Assembly: GCA_040222015.1 (NCBI GenBank)
Contig: JAVJWO010000022.1
Location: forward strand, 1 to 64,000
Source: Coleofasciculus chthonoplastes F2-STO-03
Lineage (GTDB): Bacteria > Cyanobacteriota > Cyanobacteriia > Cyanobacteriales > Coleofasciculaceae
DNA length: 64,000 bases
Reading direction: 5' to 3'
Below the pieces are notes generated by a model. The model was given only the letters and a program-made list of their open reading frames with translations. It was not told where the DNA came from and searched no databases. Both the position numbers and the translations under genes were made by a program. Of the stretch, positions 51,674 through 61,591 are shown one piece after another (the first letter of the stretch is position 1; each line of letters starts with the position of its first letter).

Positions 51674-51879
51674 TCCCTGCGCTCCCAATTCGTTACATTT
51701 ATTAATGTTTATTTTATCGGGTTTTGCTGGTGGGGACTTTTAGATGAGGTCGGATGCTCAAACAGCCTAAACAGACCAAGGATTTACGATCGCGACACCC
51801 GTCTTGGCAAAGTCGTTTTCGTTTCGGGTAACCAGATGCAGAGAATGTTGAAGGGCGATCGCGGCAATCAAAGAATCCA

Positions 51880-52137
51880 TTACTGGTAGAGGACAAAACG
51901 ATCGCCTGGAACAGAGCGATCGCGACTGAGGTCGAGTTCTCCAGTGGCAGCGACTTCAGCCAAGGGAGAGCAGCGAAAAAACTCGGAAAGCTGGGTGGAG
52001 GGTTCTGGGGACGGGCTACTCCAAAGATCGTTGAGACTCTGGGCAAGCAGTTGGATGAGGCGAAGTTTGTCTTTGGGTGGGAGACAGAGGAGTTGTTGTT
52101 CAAGTTCTGGAGATAGGTCAAGGAAGAGGGTTGCCAT
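51880..52137 (-). CDS. Small hypothetical protein (antitoxin-like)
   Basis: 85-aa ORF, LPPKDKLRLIQLLAQSL...LSEFFR.SPL...LDLSRDRS. Confidence 0.55.
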   Translation of the reverse strand: MATLFLDLSPELEQQLLCLPPKDKLRLIQLLAQSLNDLWSSPSPEPSTQLSEFFRCSPLAEVAATGELDLSRDRSVPGDRFVLYQ

Positions 52138-52356
52138 AGTCTTTGCCGAGCCAAAATTTACGTTTATTCTATCTTTCTCTATCCTCTGTCAACTAAGGTG
52201 GTTGTCTGAATTGTCATTCCCTGCGCTCTGAGTTTGTTACATTTGTTCATACTTCTTGGATTTTATCGGTTTATGGGTTATTGACTCTCAGGAAACGTAT
52301 AGTTTTATATGGGTCATTAACGATAAACAGCAGCAAGCGATCGCGTCTGAACGGCT

Positions 52357-53841
52357 ATGGAAACCAGTGATTTTACTCAGTCCTCGTCCACTCCCTCATC
52401 CCCCGACAAACCCCTGCCCAGAATCAATATTTTAACCATGTTCCGCCTGGGTTTATTCCAGATGGGGTTAGGGATTATGGCGATTCTCACCTTGGGTATC
52501 CTCAACCGGGTAATGATTAGCGAACTGGGGATTAATCCCGCTTATGCTACGGGGGTATTAGCCATGCATCAATTGGTTGCCCCGGCGAGAATTTGGTTTG
52601 GTCAACTTTCTGATGCTAAACCCCTGTTTGGCTATCACCGCAGTGGTTATGTTTGGCTGGGCACGGCTGGATTTGCGATCGCGGCTTTTTTGGCGGTTCA
52701 GGTGATGTGGCAACTGGGTGCAGCCGTACAAACCGCTGGAGGCTGGACATTAAATACTGAGATAGTAGGCTGGACAGGGGTATTGGCATTAATTTTTACC
52801 CTCTATGGTTTAGCCCTGAGTGCCAGTTCCACCCCATTTACCGCTATGCTGGTGGATGTTTCGGATGAGGACAATCGCTCCAAGTTAATCGGCACAACCT
52901 GGTCAATGCTAATGGTGGGTATTATTATCGGCGGGATTACTGGAGGTATCTTGCTCAAAAGTCTTGATCCGACAGAAACAGGCTCACAGGTTAGTGCAGA
53001 GGTTCTCTCATCACCCTTAGCCACATTACAGACTCCCCTCAACCGTCTGTTTATGATTGTGCCACTGGTAGTTATGGGATTAACCCTCCTAGCCACTCTG
53101 GGAATTGAGAAAAAATACTCCCGCTACGCCTCCCGTTCAAGTTTAGTGGAGCGAGAAGACCAAGTTACGTTGGGTAGAGCGCTGAAAGTGTTAACCGCCA
53201 GTCGCCAAACCGGTTTATTTTTCACCTTTTTACTGGTGATGACAATTAGTCTGTTTATGCAGGAAGGCGTGTTGGAACCTTATGGCGCTGATGTCTTTGG
53301 CATGCCCATTAGTGAAACGACTCGGCTCAACTCCTATTGGGGCTTAGGCACATTAATCGGTGTGAGTACCACCGGGTTTTTAGTCGTACCTCGTATCGGT
53401 AAGCAGAATACGACGAAATTGGGGTGTCTATCCGTAGCCATTAGCTTCTGCCTGATTATTCTAGCCGGATTTACCCAACAGGGGGAGATTTTGAAGCTGG
53501 CGATGCTGTTATTTGGTCTAGCGGCGGGAATCACCACGACGGGAGGATTAAGTCTGATGCTGGATTTAACAGCAGCGGAAACCGCCGGAACCTTTATCGG
53601 TGCATGGGGATTAGCCCAAGCGATGGCGCGGGGGTTAGCCACCTTTATCGGCGGTTGGGTGTTGTCCATTGGAGAAGCCCTGTTTACCGCACCTGTGCTA
53701 GCTTATGGCTTGGTGTTTGCCTTGCAAGCCGTGGGGATGATTGCCGCCGTATGGTTTTTGGGACGAGTGAACGTGCAAGAATTTCGGGATAATACCAAGC
53801 AAGCGATCGCGACGGTTATGGAAAGCGATTTAGACGGATAA
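52357..53841 (+). CDS. BCD/PucC-family MFS transporter
   Basis: RLGLFQMGLG, LNRVMI.EL, LEPYG..VF and GAWGLAQA motifs. Confidence 0.9.
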   Translation: METSDFTQSSSTPSSPDKPLPRINILTMFRLGLFQMGLGIMAILTLGILNRVMISELGINPAYATGVLAMHQLVAPARIWFGQLSDAKPLFGYHRSGYVWLGTAGFAIAAFLAVQVMWQLGAAVQTAGGWTLNTEIVGWTGVLALIFTLYGLALSASSTPFTAMLVDVSDEDNRSKLIGTTWSMLMVGIIIGGITGGILLKSLDPTETGSQVSAEVLSSPLATLQTPLNRLFMIVPLVVMGLTLLATLGIEKKYSRYASRSSLVEREDQVTLGRALKVLTASRQTGLFFTFLLVMTISLFMQEGVLEPYGADVFGMPISETTRLNSYWGLGTLIGVSTTGFLVVPRIGKQNTTKLGCLSVAISFCLIILAGFTQQGEILKLAMLLFGLAAGITTTGGLSLMLDLTAAETAGTFIGAWGLAQAMARGLATFIGGWVLSIGEALFTAPVLAYGLVFALQAVGMIAAVWFLGRVNVQEFRDNTKQAIATVMESDLDG

Positions 53842-53977
53842 TATTGTAGGGACGGGTTTGACGATTATCGGTTTGGGTTGACCCAGATGTAACGAAACCC
53901 GCCCTGACCTAATTTGGGGTGTGACAATTTCTGTCCTGGAACTCCGGATGAGGGATTATGTAATGGATGTTTAACCA

Positions 53978-54790
53978 ATGAAGGAATTTTGGGCGTCTGT
54001 ACTCGACTTTGCCAAAGATATTACCAACCATGTCGGTATCCAACTCCTGCCTGATTTTCGCTGCTGTCAGGCGTCGCAGAAAGCGGATGGGAGTTTGGTA
54101 ACCCAAGCAGATCATTGGGCGGATGAGACGATTCGTCAGGCGATCGCGTCTCGGTTTCCTAGTCACGGAATCCTCAGTGAGGAAGGGGAACATCGCTTTC
54201 CAGATACAGAGTGGTGTTGGATTATCGATCCCTTAGATGGTACGACTAACTTTACCCGAGGCATTCCGATTTGGGGGATCTCTCTGGGCTTGCTGTATCA
54301 TGGCACACCTGTGTTCGGATATGTTCATTTTCCCCCCATTGGGCAATCCTTTCATGGCTTTTGGGCGGGAGAATCTGGATTACCCGATATTATCCCTGGC
54401 GCGTTTATGAATGAGTTTTCTATCCACAGTAGTCCGGATGAACTCAGTAGTAACCACTTTTTCAACCTTTGCTCTCGCAGTACCTCCCTCTTACAGCAAC
54501 CCTTCCCCTGTAAAATTCGCATGTTAGGGGTTGCCAGTTATAACTTCATTACCGTTGCCACAGGAGCAGTTCTTGGCGGGATGGAAGCCACACCCAAAAT
54601 TTGGGATCTTGCTGGGGCGTGGGTAATTGTCAAAGCCGCAGGTGCGGTTTGGGTGGCGTTGGCATCAGACCCAATTTTCCCGTTGAAAGTCGGTCAAGAT
54701 TATGGTGGGCGATCGTTTCCCACGCTGATTGTCAGCCGTTCTGAATTAGTGGATGTGTTTAAATCGTATATCCAACAAAACCAGAATTAG
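53978..54790 (+). CDS. Inositol monophosphatase family protein
   Basis: LSEE, WIIDPLDGTTNF and WDLAG motifs. Confidence 0.92.
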   Translation: MKEFWASVLDFAKDITNHVGIQLLPDFRCCQASQKADGSLVTQADHWADETIRQAIASRFPSHGILSEEGEHRFPDTEWCWIIDPLDGTTNFTRGIPIWGISLGLLYHGTPVFGYVHFPPIGQSFHGFWAGESGLPDIIPGAFMNEFSIHSSPDELSSNHFFNLCSRSTSLLQQPFPCKIRMLGVASYNFITVATGAVLGGMEATPKIWDLAGAWVIVKAAGAVWVALASDPIFPLKVGQDYGGRSFPTLIVSRSELVDVFKSYIQQNQN

Positions 54791-54821
54791 CTCCTAGAGG
54801 TTCCAGTGGAACGTCTCTACA

Positions 54822-54893
54822 AGCTCCCCCAGCTCCCCCTGCCTCCCCAGCTTCCCCTGCCTCCCCAGCTCCCCCCGCTCCCCCATCTCCCCT
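54822..54893. repeat. Nonamer-type tandem repeat (CAGCTCCCC family)
   Basis: Degenerate tandem units. Confidence 0.75.
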
Positions 54894-54908
54894 GAAATCT
54901 TGGCGAGA

Positions 54909-55089
54909 ACCTTGATGATCACTCTACCGAGAGGTCATTATGGAAGCGGCAATACGTTACAGCGATCGCTCCTAGCCATTTGCTACTGTACAGATTAATC
55001 CGGCTACAGGGAAAGGGCAGATCGTGATCAGTGGTGACATCGGGACAGTTAAACCTAGCCCAAGGGTGCAACCAAACGGTACTCAAGGT
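54909..55089 (+). ncRNA. ssrS: 6S RNA (cyanobacterial SsaA/SsrS)
   Basis: About 181 nt; 5' ACCTTGA pairs with 3' TCAAGGT; internal GCGGCAA, CAGTGG and AACCTAG...GTGCAAC..AACGGTACT segments recalled from cyanobacterial 6S RNAs. Confidence 0.75.
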
Positions 55090-55312
55090 AATACGGGAAG
55101 CGGCTTCTCTACCAGTAGCAGGGTATCAACGTTGAAAGGCTCACGAATAAGAGTTTTTTACGCAAGCCCCCACGATGGCGATTGCCCTCGTTACCCGCAT
55201 AAAAAATAGTGGTCTGGGGGTAAGGACGGGCTAAAGCCGCTTAATTGGGTGTTTTACCTTCCCGTCCTTAGCCAGGTTTTTTGAGAGTATTATGGAGCAA
55301 TAGAGATTTATC

Positions 55313-56299
55313 ATGTCTTACGAGCAAGAAAAACAGGTAGCTATTGAGGCAGCGCTGACAGCAGCCAAACTGTGTGAGCAAGTTCGCCAAGAACAGGTGA
55401 CTGAAGCCATGGAAAAGAGCGATAAAAGTCCAGTCACGGTGGCGGATTTGGGTTCCCAGGCGGTTATCTGTCGAGCGTTAGCGATGGCGTTTCCTGATGA
55501 CCTCGTGGTGGGCGAAGAAGATGCGTACCAGTTGCGTCAACCCGAAATGGCTGATCAACTGAATCGGGTAACGCACTACGTCAAGTCTGTCGTTGGTGAT
55601 GCGACACCGGATCAGGTATTGGACTGGATTGATCGCGGTAATAGTCAGATTGGTGGACGCTATTGGACATTAGACCCCATCGATGGCACAAAAGGGTTTC
55701 TGCGTCAAGACCAATATGCTGTGGCTTTAGCGCTAGTAGAATTGGGTGAAGTGAAACTGGGTGTTCTAGTTTGTCCCGCCTTACCCGTTTCCCCAGATCA
55801 ACCTGATGGAGAAAAGGGTGTCCTATTCGTCGCGGTACGGGGTCAGGGTGCAACCATGGTTCCCCTCTCTGGCGGAGAACCTCAGCCGATTCAGGTGACA
55901 AAGGCGGATAATGCGGAAGCGATGCGTTTTGTGGAGAGTGTGGAATCCGGTCACGGGGATCATTCCCGACAGGATGCCGTTGCCAAAGCCGTAGGCATTA
56001 CCGCGCCTTCGTTGCGGATGGACTCTCAAGCTAAATATGGCGCAGTCGCGTCGGGTCGTGCATCGCTTTACCTGCGTTTGCCATCACCCAAGTCTCCAGA
56101 CTATCGGGAAAAGATTTGGGATCACGCGGCGGGAACGATTGTGGTTGAGGAAGCGGGCGGACGAGTTACCGATATGCACGGGAAAGCCCTCAACTTTTCT
56201 CTGGGTGCCAAACTTTCGGATAATCAGGGGGTTATTGTCAGCAATGGTGTGATTCACGATACCGTGCTGGATGCCTTGCGGGAAACCGCGAGCGTGTAA
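55313..56299 (+). CDS. 3'(2'),5'-bisphosphate nucleotidase (HAL2-like)
   Basis: SPVTVAD, GEED, LDPIDGTKGFLR..QYAVAL, DSQAKY and EKIWDHAAG motifs. Confidence 0.92.
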   Translation: MSYEQEKQVAIEAALTAAKLCEQVRQEQVTEAMEKSDKSPVTVADLGSQAVICRALAMAFPDDLVVGEEDAYQLRQPEMADQLNRVTHYVKSVVGDATPDQVLDWIDRGNSQIGGRYWTLDPIDGTKGFLRQDQYAVALALVELGEVKLGVLVCPALPVSPDQPDGEKGVLFVAVRGQGATMVPLSGGEPQPIQVTKADNAEAMRFVESVESGHGDHSRQDAVAKAVGITAPSLRMDSQAKYGAVASGRASLYLRLPSPKSPDYREKIWDHAAGTIVVEEAGGRVTDMHGKALNFSLGAKLSDNQGVIVSNGVIHDTVLDALRETASV

Positions 56300-56394
56300 A
56301 GAGGTTGCCTAGATAACGTCTGTCAGCGATCAAAAAGGGAAAAGGTTAAACCTTTTCCCTGGAACCGATGACTCACAACCTTGAGTCAAACAGC

Positions 56395-57234
56395 TTAATT
56401 TTCAGCGTTTGTTTCAACAGTTGACCCAGAGCGACTAACCAACGGTTCTTCAATCAGTTGATCTAGACCTGCAAAGTTCAAGGCAGATTGCCAATTTTCT
56501 TGAACTTGAGGATCATCGGTATAATCCTGACGTAATTGAGCCAATGTACCTGCTGCGTCCATCCAGAAGCCATATTCAGCAAAAATAGCTGCCTTTTCTC
56601 GTTCTGATGCATTGGCTAACTTTTGAGCAAGTTCGGTTTCTGGAGAAACACGCTCAACCCACCCTTCGATTGTCAAATTCCCAGAAGCATCACCCCCCTC
56701 ATCACAACTAAGAGAAAATACCCACTGGTACTTTTCCGATTCCTTGAGTAGCTCCTCTTCCTCTGTCATCGGCTCTGGCAGAGTGAACATGACAATTCCT
56801 GGCGTTTCGTTTAGAGAAACCATTTCGTGATAAATAATCCCTTTGTCTGGACTCAGCAATGCAAATTCTGCTTCCTTGGCTTGAGTCTCACCGACATAAA
56901 CCAAGAACGTCGGATTAGGCTGTACAGTCACTTCAACTGGAACTGTGTTTTTTTCCGCAACTTCTGGTATTAAGGGTGTAACCTCGACTTCCTCTCCATA
57001 ACACATACCAGAACCTCGCGAGAATCCTGGAGTTCTCCACCGAGACGCTCTAATTTTTCTGTTGCGAAATCGCAGCCCCTTATTTCCAGCGAAGAGGGTT
57101 TCCGAAGACTTCTGATCATTGTAACTGGACGAAGTGGGTTTGAAACCAGCGATTGCCATGGCACTGGCACTCATCACTAATCCCAGAGACAACATCAGGG
57201 AAAACGTTTTTAGATAGATAGAGGGCTTTTTCAT
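56395..57234 (-). CDS. DUF928 domain secreted protein
   Basis: Signal peptide; G.SRG..C, PTFLVYV, YQW.F...C, GWVERV and G.W.DA...LA.LR motifs. Confidence 0.85.
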   Translation of the reverse strand: MKKPSIYLKTFSLMLSLGLVMSASAMAIAGFKPTSSSYNDQKSSETLFAGNKGLRFRNRKIRASRWRTPGFSRGSGMCYGEEVEVTPLIPEVAEKNTVPVEVTVQPNPTFLVYVGETQAKEAEFALLSPDKGIIYHEMVSLNETPGIVMFTLPEPMTEEEELLKESEKYQWVFSLSCDEGGDASGNLTIEGWVERVSPETELAQKLANASEREKAAIFAEYGFWMDAAGTLAQLRQDYTDDPQVQENWQSALNFAGLDQLIEEPLVSRSGSTVETNAEN

Positions 57235-57467
57235 GTTACTTTTTGCCAATGGCAGCTCTTGAGACAAGTCTAGCCTTATTTTTATCTGTAGAGACGTTCC
57301 TCCGGAACGCCTCTAACTGGGGAAAAGAGGATCTGCTTTTCCCGGATCTACATCATTATCCTGGCAGACATTAGGATTTGGAGTTGAAATTTATAGCAGT
57401 AGACACATCGATTAGGACTTTCGGAACCATTGTAGAGACGCGCCATGGCGCGTCTCTTGTCAACCCC

Positions 57468-58331
57468 TTACTCAGGACTATTAACGGGACGTTCTGCAAC
57501 GAGATTCTCTAAACCCACAGATGCAAGGAGATCTTTCCAATCCGCTTGAACTTGAGGATTATTCGGATAACGCTCTCGCAATTTCGCCAGTGAACTCACT
57601 GCCTCTGTCCAAACGCCATGATCCACAAATACTTTCGGTTGATCAATATCTGGGGTTTTGGCTAACTCTTGCTTCAGAGACTCTTCCTTAGCAATTCGCT
57701 GCACCCAGCCTTCTGCTGTAGGATTTTGACTCCAATCATTCTGATCGCAAGGAATGGTTACAAACCAATTGTAGATTTGATCCACTTGTAACAACTCATT
57801 CTCTGGATCAGCCGGATCGGACTCTGGGATGCTAATGCTGACAATTCCGGGAGTTTGATTGTCCAGAGAAATAGTTGTTTCATAAACAACCTTATCCTTG
57901 TTTTCAGTCATCAGCGTAAACACTGCTTCCTCAGCCTCAGTCTCGGTGATATGAACGAAGAACGTTGGAGTTTGCTCAACTGTCAGTTCAACCGGGATTT
58001 GTTCATTGGTGGACGCTTCTTGGGCATCATCTGGCAACTCCTTACTTTGAAGTTGCGGCAATAATGCTGTTACATTAACTTGTTTTTCTTGATCGCCGAT
58101 TTTGCAGACTCCCCGCGAGAACCCTCCAGTTCTGCGCCGAGAAGCTCGCATTCTCCGCCGCCGGAAGCTTAGACCTTTATTCCCTGCGACTAAGGTTTCT
58201 GAAGGCTTCTGATCTGCCTGATTGGAGGAATTGGGTTTGAGACCAGCAATTGCCATGGCACTGGCACTCATTACTAATCCCACAGACAACATCAGGGAAA
58301 ACGTTTTAAGATATATAGAGGGCTTTTTCAT
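57468..58331 (-). CDS. DUF928 domain secreted protein
   Basis: Paralog of 56395-57234 with a near-identical N-terminus. Confidence 0.85.
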   Translation of the reverse strand: MKKPSIYLKTFSLMLSVGLVMSASAMAIAGLKPNSSNQADQKPSETLVAGNKGLSFRRRRMRASRRRTGGFSRGVCKIGDQEKQVNVTALLPQLQSKELPDDAQEASTNEQIPVELTVEQTPTFFVHITETEAEEAVFTLMTENKDKVVYETTISLDNQTPGIVSISIPESDPADPENELLQVDQIYNWFVTIPCDQNDWSQNPTAEGWVQRIAKEESLKQELAKTPDIDQPKVFVDHGVWTEAVSSLAKLRERYPNNPQVQADWKDLLASVGLENLVAERPVNSPE

Positions 58332-58861
58332 TTTACTCCTTGCCAATGGCAGTAATGGATACAATTTTATTTAATTAACGCAGCAGTAGAGAGCTAGAGC
58401 GAAGTCTGTATATTCATCTAGTGTATTCATTTACAGACCGACTCCTCTCTATTCAGCAAAGTTTCCTGTTCTACCTGTCAAGTTTACGTGACGCTAAACT
58501 AGGTTACCTCATTTTTTTATTTATAGCGACTCAGCCAAGGTGATGGGCAATCAGCCTCTTCACCGTCTCAGCTCGCTCAGTGTACAATTTAAACCCTATG
58601 ACAGCAATAAACTGCCTGGGTACTATATTATATACTAATATTCTATCTGATTCGTCTGTAAACTCTAGTATCATTACAGTTCTTTAAAAAAAGTGATTAA
58701 TATCTGGAGAAACTTTGAAAGTAGCTATAGTGATTTAACTTCACGTTAATTTATATTAAGTTTGATTGTCCGAATCCAAGGTTCAGAATTCAAAAAAATT
58801 CCGCCGTAACGTAGGCGTTGTCAGTGAATTAACGCTCAGGGAAACAGGAGGCAATACCAAG

Positions 58862-60562
58862 ATGATGTCTGAAATGCGTTCATTTTTCACCCAACATCCC
58901 GTAGGTAAGGGAATCATGGCATTTAGTGGCACAGTCGTTCTGACGAGTGTGGTGGTTACAGGGGTGATTGTGGGACTGCGACAGTTGGGGGGGTTAGAAG
59001 GCTTTGAACTGGATGCGTATGACCAACTCGTGCGATCGCGTCCTGAATCTGAGCCAAGCGATCGCGTGTTAGTCGTGGGGATTAGTGAAGAGGATATCCG
59101 CAACTATAACCAGTTTCCAATAACAGATGCCACATTAGCGACGGTACTAAAGAAACTAACAGCGTATCAACCTCGTGCGATCGGGATTGACATTGGACGG
59201 GATGTACCTATTGGCGCAGGTCGTGAGGATTTAATTCAGGTTCTTAAGCAAAACGATAACATGGTCGCCGCCTGCGTCATGAGTTCTGCAACTGAACCCG
59301 GAACACCACCCGCTCCTGGAGTTCCCCTAGAACGGGTTGGTTTTGCAGATATGCAGCTTGATCGGGATCAAGTTATCCGCCGCACGGCATTAGTTTCATT
59401 TCCTCCGTTTGTGGAACCACTTCCAGAAAATCCCCATCTGTGCCAAGATCCCGATAACCTACTCTATTCCTTACCGTTTCAGTTAGCACTGTCATATCTG
59501 GAAGAAGAGGGAATCGAAGAAGAATTAACGACCCCAGAGGAATTCATCAAGTTGGATTCCACGATATTCCCGCCTCTAGAAGAGCAATCAGGTAACTATA
59601 GCTACACAGGTGCGTTTGACTACCAAATCATGATCAATTGGTCAGGTGAAAATGCCATTGAGCAAGTCACCCTGACTGATGTATTAGAAGACAACATTGA
59701 TCCGAATCTCGTTAGAGACCGAGTGGTTTTGGTCGGGTACACCGCCAGCACAGCGAATGATGATTTTGCCACACCCTTTAGTGCAGCTGCCCAGGATCAA
59801 GTGTTAATGCCTGGGGTAGTCCTTCATGCTCAAGTTGTAAGTCAAATTATGACTACCGTTTTAGAGGGTCGTCCTTTAATTTGGTATTGGTCACAGGGGA
59901 GTGAAATTCTCTGGATTTTTCTCTGGTCAGTTGTTGGCGGAACCTTGGCTTGGAAAATTCGCCGTCCTTGGATTCTGCTTCCGGCTGCAATAGTAGGCAG
60001 TGGTATTTTGTATGGTATTTGCTATGCTCTATTCGTTCAGCAGTCGGGATGGATACCGTTAGTTCCGCCAGCCGTCGGCTTAGTCTTAACCACCTTTAGC
60101 GTTGTCATTATTGACCGCTACGGTCAAGTTGTGGCAAAAACAGTTAAGAAACTGCTGAGAATCAACATTGAAATCGACGAAACTCAAAAAGAAGAGCAAG
60201 TCGCCCAAATCTTAGAAACTGATAGCTTTCAAGAAATTCAGCTCAGAGCTGATCAACTCAGACGTCGCCGCCAAATCACCAAGCCTAAAACCTATAACAA
60301 TACAGTCACGGATCAAGTAGAACTCAATTGGGAAGAAGTTCCAGAACTCGGTCAATACCAACAAGTCCTGCAACGAGCGAGAGTATTAAGACATCAGCTC
60401 AACCGGGTGGAGGTGGAACGGGACGAGGTTGAAGATGTTGAGCAGACAACGAACGGTTCGTCCGGGAGAATGCCCACGGTTAAAAAACAAGCATTTAACC
60501 CAGAAGACGAAAGTTATCTCTCGCAATTACAAAGTCGGGGAAGACGGATGAGAAACAAATAA
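58862..60562 (+). CDS. CHASE2-domain membrane sensor without a recognisable catalytic output domain
   Basis: ELDAYDQL, PRAIGIDI.RD, GFAD...D.D.VIRR and MPGV.LHAQ motifs; three TMs; GGAGG RBS before 58862. Confidence 0.88.
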   Translation: MMSEMRSFFTQHPVGKGIMAFSGTVVLTSVVVTGVIVGLRQLGGLEGFELDAYDQLVRSRPESEPSDRVLVVGISEEDIRNYNQFPITDATLATVLKKLTAYQPRAIGIDIGRDVPIGAGREDLIQVLKQNDNMVAACVMSSATEPGTPPAPGVPLERVGFADMQLDRDQVIRRTALVSFPPFVEPLPENPHLCQDPDNLLYSLPFQLALSYLEEEGIEEELTTPEEFIKLDSTIFPPLEEQSGNYSYTGAFDYQIMINWSGENAIEQVTLTDVLEDNIDPNLVRDRVVLVGYTASTANDDFATPFSAAAQDQVLMPGVVLHAQVVSQIMTTVLEGRPLIWYWSQGSEILWIFLWSVVGGTLAWKIRRPWILLPAAIVGSGILYGICYALFVQQSGWIPLVPPAVGLVLTTFSVVIIDRYGQVVAKTVKKLLRINIEIDETQKEEQVAQILETDSFQEIQLRADQLRRRRQITKPKTYNNTVTDQVELNWEEVPELGQYQQVLQRARVLRHQLNRVEVERDEVEDVEQTTNGSSGRMPTVKKQAFNPEDESYLSQLQSRGRRMRNK

Positions 60563-60565
60563 ACG

Positions 60566-60724
60566 ATGAACCAGGAACAACGAACGATTCTCTTAAAACT
60601 TGCTGCCAAGGTATCCCAAGATCCTTTACTCTTGAGGAAAGTCAGCGATCGAGTGTATCAGCTTATGCAAGAGGATTTACGCAAGCAACGCGAACGCCAT
60701 AAAAACTACAGAGGGTTACTATAA
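60566..60724 (+). CDS. 52-aa hypothetical protein, CIS-associated (absent from ORF track)
   Basis: MNQEQRTILLKLAAKVSQDPLLLRKVSDRVYQLMQEDLRKQRERHKNYRGLL; starts 3 nt after the CHASE2 stop, and its TAA overlaps the next ATG. Confidence 0.75.
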   Translation: MNQEQRTILLKLAAKVSQDPLLLRKVSDRVYQLMQEDLRKQRERHKNYRGLL

Positions 60725-61242
60725 TGGCTGACAATGGTAATATCACCCACGAACTTAACTACGTCACCGCTAATCGATTTTATATCGAAATCGAAAGTCA
60801 GATTACGGCTTCATTTAGCGAGTGTTCTGGTTTAGGAGTTCAAATTGATAAAGAAGTCTATTTTGAGGGAGGAGTCAACGAACAGCAACGCATCTTTCTC
60901 AAGCAAGCCAAATTTGATGATGTTACCCTCAAGCGAGGGATTACCGAAGATTTAGTGTTTTGGGATTGGATTAATAAGACGCTCAATCCTGGTAAAAAAG
61001 AACGACGTAATGTCAACATTTTGGTCTTTAACCAAGGGGGAGAAACCATGCAATGTTGGACATTAATTGGTGCGATTCCAGTCGGTTGGAAAACGCCAGC
61101 CTTACAAGCCAGTTCTAGCACCGTGGCGATTGAGGAATTAACCCTTGCCTACGAAGGCTTAAAGGTTGTCGCTGAGCAAGGTGGCGGCGGTGCTAGTACC
61201 AATTTACAACGTGCTAACACTGGCTATTTCCCCAGCCACTAA
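60724..61242 (+). CDS. Phage tail tube / CIS tube-initiator family protein (T4 gp19-like, Afp1/Afp5-like)
   Basis: RFYIEI, FSECSGL, EGGVN, VTLKRG, FWDW, W.L..A.P..W and AIEELTLAYE motifs. Confidence 0.9.
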   Translation: MADNGNITHELNYVTANRFYIEIESQITASFSECSGLGVQIDKEVYFEGGVNEQQRIFLKQAKFDDVTLKRGITEDLVFWDWINKTLNPGKKERRNVNILVFNQGGETMQCWTLIGAIPVGWKTPALQASSSTVAIEELTLAYEGLKVVAEQGGGGASTNLQRANTGYFPSH

Positions 61243-61591
61243 CTAGATCAATCGGTGGGAAAAAGTAAAGTTAACGGTGGGAATCGTCATTTGTCATTTG
61301 TCATTTGTCATTTGTAAGGGTTTGAGAAATATGGACAAAAGTTGGGTATTTCCACCCACATACTTAGAGACGTGCCATGGTACGTTTTGAAGAACAGGTT
61401 TAGGAAGAATGTCACTGACTTAAGGCTGGTGGGTTTCGACTTCGCTCAACCCACCCTACTAGGCTACAGTATATCAAGGGTTTTGGCACTCCCTAAATGA
61501 AATGCTTATTTTAGTGCCATTCGGTTTAGGAATGTTCGTGATAATTGTACCTCAAACTTGCTCTGAATAAATTTTAAGATTAAAAGAACTG

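Noticed and set aside
51714..52231. 146-aa and 95-aa ORFs overlapping the 85-aa gene as a toxin partner
   Set aside because: Alternative-frame or antisense overlaps with no recognisable toxin motifs
60724..61242. Prophage
   Set aside because: No capsid, terminase, portal or integrase; neighbours fit a CIS context better
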